This document shows positions 39,297 through 44,673 of a stretch of DNA of 44,673 nucleotides, piece by piece. The first letter of the stretch is position 1; each line of letters opens with the position of its first letter. Source of the DNA: Myxococcota bacterium (GTDB lineage Bacteria > Myxococcota > XYA12-FULL-58-9 > JABJBS01); contig JAYZAY010000012.1 in assembly GCA_036339465.1 (NCBI GenBank), positions 1 to 44,673 of the forward strand. The letters run 5' to 3'. The notes below the pieces were generated by a model. That model did no database searches and had not been told where the DNA came from. It saw nothing but the letters and a program-made list of their open reading frames with translations. The position numbers were made by a program, and so were the translations under genes.

Positions 39297-39527
39297 TGGG
39301 GATGGGGATGGGGAGCCCAGCTCGCAGCATTCACGCTGAGGTTGGGAAGCAAGCCATGCATCTTGGCGGCGTGCACGGCGGGTGAGAACCACATTCCCAT
39401 AGCTCATCCCCAAGGCAGCCAGAGCCATATAAAGCTCTGACTTGCTCTCATAAATCACACTGCTCACAACCAGAAAAATACCAAGACCTGCCCAAAGAAA
39501 GGTAAGGATATGCGTATATTTAGCCAT
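39282..39527 (-). CDS. Small membrane protein with two predicted TM helices
   Basis: An 81-aa ORF with two hydrophobic segments and a short convergent overlap with the Nif3 gene end. Confidence 0.55.
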   Translation of the reverse strand: MAKYTHILTFLWAGLGIFLVVSSVIYESKSELYMALAALGMSYGNVVLTRRARRQDAWLASQPQRECCELGSPSPSPLNDA

Positions 39528-39739
39528 TGGAACTCTATATTTGAGCATCTTTGTCGGCGCAAGGGTCTGAAAGGTCAAACATCCTATCCGCAACCGCATC
39601 CCCTCTTTTTTGGGCCGCCCTCAGTTATGCAAGCATCTACAAAACCTCTCTTCTCCCTTGCCCACAAAGGCGAACCACCGTATCCTGGGCCGTATCCTGA
39701 GTTGCGAATATGTGGGTAAAACAGAAAAGGATAATCCAA

Positions 39740-41158
39740 ATGCCAATTTCAAACTCCAACTCCAATCCCTATCTCGAAGGGATTTACGCCCCCACTGAAA
39801 CCGAGATGACCTGTAATGACCTCGAAGTCATTGGAGAAATACCCAAGGATTTGGCAGGCATCTTTGCGCGTAATGGACCAAACCCAAGATATAAACCCAG
39901 AGGACGTTATCATTGGTTTGATGGAGATGGGATGATTCATGCCCTAAGGATTTTGGATGGCAAGGCCACTTACACCAATCGATGGATTCAAAGCCCCCAT
40001 TACCAACAGGAAACCGAAGCAGGGCGACCACTTTGGGGGGGACTGATGGAACCATTTTCGGAAAACCCACAAGAGGCCCCCTTCAAAGACACCGCCAACA
40101 CCGATGTCTATTTCCATAACGACACCCTCAAGGCAGTTTGGTATCTATCGGGAGATCCCATCTCAATAGACCCCCTGACCCTGGTGACCCGTGGCACAGA
40201 TACCTTGGGTGGTAAGCTTCATGGAAAGGTATCTGCACATCCCAAAGTCGATGGGGAAACAGGTGAACTACTCTATTTCGACTACGGGATGCGGCCACCC
40301 TTTATGCATTATGGTGAAGTGTCTAAAGACGGCATCTTACAAAACCGCATTCCGGTGCCCCTCCCAGGACCCCGGCTTCCCCACGACATGGCCTTCACGA
40401 AAAACTACGCGATCCTCATGGACCTACCGGTATTCTACAACTTGGAAGCCCTAAAAAAGAATCGCTGGAAAAGTGAATTCCATCCTGAAATCTCTTCGCG
40501 TTTTGCCCTGATTCCAAGGCGAGGGAAAACCGAGGAGATACGCTGGTTTGAAGCCGAGTCGTGCTACATTTATCACAGCGTCAATGCTTGGGAGCAGGCT
40601 GACGAAATCATCATGGTGGGCTGCCGCGTCGATCACCCCATCAACTCCCCTCGACAAGAGGACGGAAAATACGCCCAAATGATGGCCAACCTTCGGGTTA
40701 AAGCTCGACTCTGCCGATGGCGATTCAATCTCACAACCGGACAAACCAAGGAAGAATCCTTAGATGACCACAACACAGAATTCCCCAGCATCAATTTAGA
40801 ATACTTGGGAAAACCATCGAAATATTCTTACAACATGAAACTCGCAGAAACCCCAACCCTCCTCTTCGATGGAATCAACAAATACCAAACCGACAACGGT
40901 AGCTATGAAGACTATCTCTTTGGCCCGGGCCTTTGGGGCAGTGAAGCTCCCTTTGCCCCGCGTCTCAATGCGACCTCAGAAGATGACGGCTATCTACTAA
41001 GCTTTGTGCGAGGTGGTCCCGACGACATCTCAGAAGTTCAAATCCTCGACGCACAAAACATTTCCCAAGGGCCCGTGGCTAGGATCCGAACCCCTCAGCC
41101 GGTTCCCATTGGTTTTCATGCCACTTGGGTTGCCCAATCGAAATTAGAAACCATTTAA
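39740..41158 (+). CDS. Carotenoid cleavage oxygenase family protein (RPE65/lignostilbene dioxygenase family)
   Basis: Motifs GEIPKDLAG...RNGPNP and HWFDGDGMIH. Four Fe-binding His motifs: SAHPK, PHDM, YIYHSVNAWE and GFHATW. Confidence 0.95.
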   Translation: MPISNSNSNPYLEGIYAPTETEMTCNDLEVIGEIPKDLAGIFARNGPNPRYKPRGRYHWFDGDGMIHALRILDGKATYTNRWIQSPHYQQETEAGRPLWGGLMEPFSENPQEAPFKDTANTDVYFHNDTLKAVWYLSGDPISIDPLTLVTRGTDTLGGKLHGKVSAHPKVDGETGELLYFDYGMRPPFMHYGEVSKDGILQNRIPVPLPGPRLPHDMAFTKNYAILMDLPVFYNLEALKKNRWKSEFHPEISSRFALIPRRGKTEEIRWFEAESCYIYHSVNAWEQADEIIMVGCRVDHPINSPRQEDGKYAQMMANLRVKARLCRWRFNLTTGQTKEESLDDHNTEFPSINLEYLGKPSKYSYNMKLAETPTLLFDGINKYQTDNGSYEDYLFGPGLWGSEAPFAPRLNATSEDDGYLLSFVRGGPDDISEVQILDAQNISQGPVARIRTPQPVPIGFHATWVAQSKLETI

Positions 41159-41180
41159 ACCACACATTAAGGAGCAACCT

Positions 41181-42410
41181 ATGGATTCAGAAGTCTTTAT
41201 CTTAGGGGGGGCCCAGACAGATTTTGGTTTCAATTGGAGCAAGAATGGGCACGACCTATACGATATCATGGGCGCCTCCATGGCCAATGCCATCGAGCAC
41301 ATCAAGCTAGAACCCGCCCAAATTAACGTAGCCCATATTGGGAATTTCACCGGAGAGCTGTTTTCTGGGCAAGGCCATCTCGGCGGACTTTTGACCACGC
41401 TCTACCCCGATTTTTACGGCTTGCCTACCAGCCGCCATGAAGCCGCCTGTGCCTCTGGCAGTATCGCTATTCTCGCCGCCATGGCCGACATCAAAGCCGG
41501 AAACTATGATGTCGCGGCCGTGACTGGGGTCGAACAAATGCGCAACGTTTCTGGTGAAGAAGCCGCCACCTATCTGGGGGCCGCAGCCTGGATGGGCAAA
41601 GAAGCTCAATCGGCGCGCTATATTTGGCCCTCGATGTTTAGCAATCTAACCGAAGAATACCATCGCCGATACGGCATCAACCGGGATCACCTAGCGGAAA
41701 TTTCCAAACTCAATTTCGCCAACGCCAAAAACAATCCATTGGCACAGACCCGAAAATGGAAACTCACCGACCAGCATTTTTCCTGCGATGATGAGGTCAA
41801 TCCAGTGATCGAAGGCCACGTTCGCAGGCATGACTGCAGCCAGATCACCGACGGAAGTGCCACCTTGATTCTTGCATCGGAGCGTTATGCTTCGGAATAT
41901 GCAACCAAACATGCACAAAGCTTGAGTCAAATCCCGAGAATTCTCGGTTTCGGACACAGAACCGCACCCATGCTTTACCAATCTAAAGTGGAAGCAAGTA
42001 AAAACCACGATTTGATCTTCCCCCACGTCCAAGAAACCATCAAGGATGCCTTTCACCGAGCAGAGCTTCCTAACGTAGAATCCATCGACGTAATAGAAAC
42101 CCATGATTGTTTCTCCATCACCGAGTACATGGCTATCGACCACTTTGGGTTGACGGCTCCGGGAGAAAGCTGGAAAGCGGTGGAAGAGGGAACCATCAAA
42201 CGAACAGGGAAAACACCAATCAATCCAGGAGGAGGCTTGATTGGTATTGGGCATCCCGTGGGCGCCACCGGCGTGCGGATGGTTCTCGATGGTTGGAAGC
42301 AAGTCACAGATAACGCCAAAGACTGTCAAATTGATAATGCCAAGACTGTCGCGACATTAAATATTGGTGGAAGCACCACCACCGTAGTTAGTTTTATAAT
42401 AGGACGATAA
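41181..42410 (+). CDS. Thiolase / acetyl-CoA acetyltransferase (SCP2-type, HDCF motif)
   Basis: Motifs EAACASGS, SQITDG, ETHDCF and GHPVGATG. AAGGAG RBS. Confidence 0.93.
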   Translation: MDSEVFILGGAQTDFGFNWSKNGHDLYDIMGASMANAIEHIKLEPAQINVAHIGNFTGELFSGQGHLGGLLTTLYPDFYGLPTSRHEAACASGSIAILAAMADIKAGNYDVAAVTGVEQMRNVSGEEAATYLGAAAWMGKEAQSARYIWPSMFSNLTEEYHRRYGINRDHLAEISKLNFANAKNNPLAQTRKWKLTDQHFSCDDEVNPVIEGHVRRHDCSQITDGSATLILASERYASEYATKHAQSLSQIPRILGFGHRTAPMLYQSKVEASKNHDLIFPHVQETIKDAFHRAELPNVESIDVIETHDCFSITEYMAIDHFGLTAPGESWKAVEEGTIKRTGKTPINPGGGLIGIGHPVGATGVRMVLDGWKQVTDNAKDCQIDNAKTVATLNIGGSTTTVVSFIIGR

Positions 42411-42411
42411 A

Positions 42412-43629
42412 ATGGAAGGGCTAGACGTATTTATCTACGATAGCGTGCGAACACCAAGGGGTAGGGGAGACACCAAAGGTGCTTTGCATTCGATCAGTCC
42501 CATGGATTTACTTAAACCGCTCTATTGCGCCATTTTAGAACGAAATACGCTTCAGAGTGACTTCATAGAAGATGTCATTCTCGGTTGTGTCACTCAGGTG
42601 GGGGACCAAGGCACAAACATCGCAAGGATTTCGGCACTCTATGGGGGGTTAAGTCATTCCATTTCCGGTGTCACTTTAAATCGGTTTTGTGCTTCCGGAT
42701 TAGATGCGTGTCAATATGCAAGCATGAAAATTGCCTCTGGAAGCGAATCCCTTGTGTTGGCCGGTGGTGTCGAATCCTCATCACGAGTGCCTATGTTCAG
42801 CGACAATGGCGCCTGGTTCAAAGATCCGCGTGTCGCCAAAGCTTCCCGCTTCATTCACATGGGGGTTGCCGCGGATTTAGTGGCCACACAAAATTCTATC
42901 ACTCGGGACGAAATCGATACCTACGCCCTGCGTTCCCAACAAAGAGCGGCTAAAGCAACGGCGGCGGGAGACTTTTTTAAATCTGTGGTTCCAATCATCT
43001 CCGATACCGAGGAAATCGTTTTGGAGCAGGATGAATTGATTCGCCCTCAAACTACTCTGGAGAAGCTTGGGACCTTACCCCCAGCCTTTTCTGAAATTGG
43101 TGCGGCCGGCGCCGATAGACTCGCCCTGAAATACCACCCGGCATTGGCTGCCATCAACCACATTCACCATTTGGGAACATCCCCGGCCCTAGCCGATGGG
43201 GCATCATTGCTCCTCATAGGGAATGAAGCCGCAGGAAAACAATTGGAACTCAAACCGAAAGCAAGGGTGCTAGCCTGTTCCAATGTGGCCACTGAACCGG
43301 TGGAAATGCTTACAGGGAATATCCCAGGAACCCTCAAGGCGCTGAAATCTTCCGGCTTAGAAATTGGCGACATCGATAGCTTTGAAGTCAACGAATCCTT
43401 CGCCGCCATTCCCATCCAGTATCAGCGTAGATTTGAGCTACCCGACGAAAAGCTCAATCCCTGCGGAGGAGCCATCGCCATGGGCCATGCCTTGGGTGCC
43501 ACCGGCGCCATGCTCCTAGAGATCCTCATGGAAACGCTGGCACAGAAAACCAGGCGCTACGGGTTGGTGTCTATCTGTGGGGGGGCTGGTGTAGCCTCCA
43601 CCATGATTGTGGAAAACTTACGACGTTAA
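42412..43629 (+). CDS. Thiolase / acetyl-CoA C-acyltransferase (classical type)
   Basis: Motifs RTPRG, NRFCASGL, FEVNESFA, GGAIAMGHALGATG and SICGGAG. Starts 1 nt after the upstream stop. Confidence 0.95.
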   Translation: MEGLDVFIYDSVRTPRGRGDTKGALHSISPMDLLKPLYCAILERNTLQSDFIEDVILGCVTQVGDQGTNIARISALYGGLSHSISGVTLNRFCASGLDACQYASMKIASGSESLVLAGGVESSSRVPMFSDNGAWFKDPRVAKASRFIHMGVAADLVATQNSITRDEIDTYALRSQQRAAKATAAGDFFKSVVPIISDTEEIVLEQDELIRPQTTLEKLGTLPPAFSEIGAAGADRLALKYHPALAAINHIHHLGTSPALADGASLLLIGNEAAGKQLELKPKARVLACSNVATEPVEMLTGNIPGTLKALKSSGLEIGDIDSFEVNESFAAIPIQYQRRFELPDEKLNPCGGAIAMGHALGATGAMLLEILMETLAQKTRRYGLVSICGGAGVASTMIVENLRR

Positions 43630-44673
43630 ATTAACGCAAAAATAGAGACACTCTGACGCAACATCCAAGTCATCATCGACTGCTTTGCCTCACTGATGCC
43701 TCAAACCCTTAAGAGACGATCTCCAACCATGACCGTGCATCGGTCGCACCGTACATCTCTGGTAGGACCCAAGGTTTTTCCCACACACTCTTGCCTTAAA
43801 CCGCCCCCCACAGAGACTTTGAAGGAATCAACTTTTGGAACCGTAAAAATTGGCCGAAGGTCATCGTGGGCACAATAAAACGCTGAAGTAAATACCATCG
43901 CGCGGTACCAATACCGGCCATAATATAATGACTTCACTCAGCCACCAGAAAAAGACCGATCTAAAAGAAGCGGGTGCATCCGAAAAACAAGCGTCGATGG
44001 AGGTGGTTGATGTCTTCAGGGAACCGAAGGTAAGTTGTGCGAGCAGTGCACAAAAGATGGCAGTCATTTATCCTGCCTACGGAGAAATGAGAGTGAATAA
44101 AAAAAGTGAATACGGTAGAATCTTTTAGGGGTCTTTATTTGAGTTTTCCCTATGAGACAGCTTGCCTGGATTTTTCAGGTAATCTCCTGGCTAACAAGTG
44201 CAATGAACCAGAGGTGGATTGAGGCCCCTTCGTTTTTCCTATTCCATTTCATAAAGCGTATCGCCACTGGCGAGAAGGACCAGTTGATTCCGTGAAATTC
44301 CCGATGCAATTGCGATAGACCCAGCTCTTTAGACGAAACGGTACGTACCTTCCTGCCGAACGGCAAGATGAATTTGGGGTGGAGCATGGATGTGGAGAGT
44401 TTGAGCAATGCTCAAATGGCAGATAACCTTTGTTATGCGCAATTAGCGTTTTGAGACCCACATCACAGGCGAAGCCCTTGGCAAAGATGGCTAAGAATCG
44501 CCCATAGAAGCCCGCAGCGGCATTCATGTGTCCCCCTTCCTGAACATAAGGGCGTGCAAGCGAGAGCTCTCTGGTGCCGAGTGATTTCTGTAGTCGGAAC
44601 CCAGTAAATGAAGACCTTGGAAACTCCAGCCATTTCTAGGGGTTACGGCTGTCGTGAAAAAGCGAATGCATGC

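Noticed and set aside
1..44673. Mobile elements, prophage, defence systems, tRNA or rRNA genes
   Set aside because: I recognised no transposase, integrase, reverse transcriptase, phage structural or known defence motifs, and no tRNA or rRNA signatures by eye. A covariance-model scan would be needed to exclude small RNAs.

Overview
A ~48% GC bacterial chromosomal segment, probably from a Myxococcota/deltaproteobacterial genome. This is inferred from the Myxococcus-type CGDG..CDDGN cysteine-rich repeat proteins and the many lipoproteins. I found no rRNA, tRNA, CRISPR array or transposase. About 26 genes appear intact: a redoxin-domain protein (partial), an enoyl-CoA hydratase, a giant Cys-repeat metzincin lipoprotein, a PQQ sugar dehydrogenase, a phytase-like esterase, a NIP-like aquaporin, a 36-residue-repeat coiled-coil protein coupled to a GAF-GAF-PAS adenylate cyclase, an Isc1/nSMase-like enzyme next to a START protein, a cNMP-binding protein, a PPAD-like deiminase lipoprotein, phhB, an ADP-ribosyltransferase-like orphan, a PNGase F-like protein, a tandem Nif11-leader protein, a 3-beta-HSD-like SDR, thiD, DUF4336, a lytic transglycosylase, Nif3, and a carotenoid oxygenase plus two thiolases. 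Between 17.4 and 28.7 kb at least six decayed genes are hidden from the ORF track: a polysaccharide deacetylase, a Cys-rich/DUF642-like protein, a tandem-PDZ protein, a REC-CheX protein, a transglutaminase-elicitor-like protein and an M60 peptidase. The best candidates for new biology are (i) the 7x36-aa repeat protein/cyclase pair, (ii) the double-Nif11 precursor next to a (VWDDW)n 15-bp repeat, (iii) the ART-like orphan and (iv) a set of enzymes that resemble or target eukaryotic substrates. All family calls are from motifs read by eye; no database searches were run.
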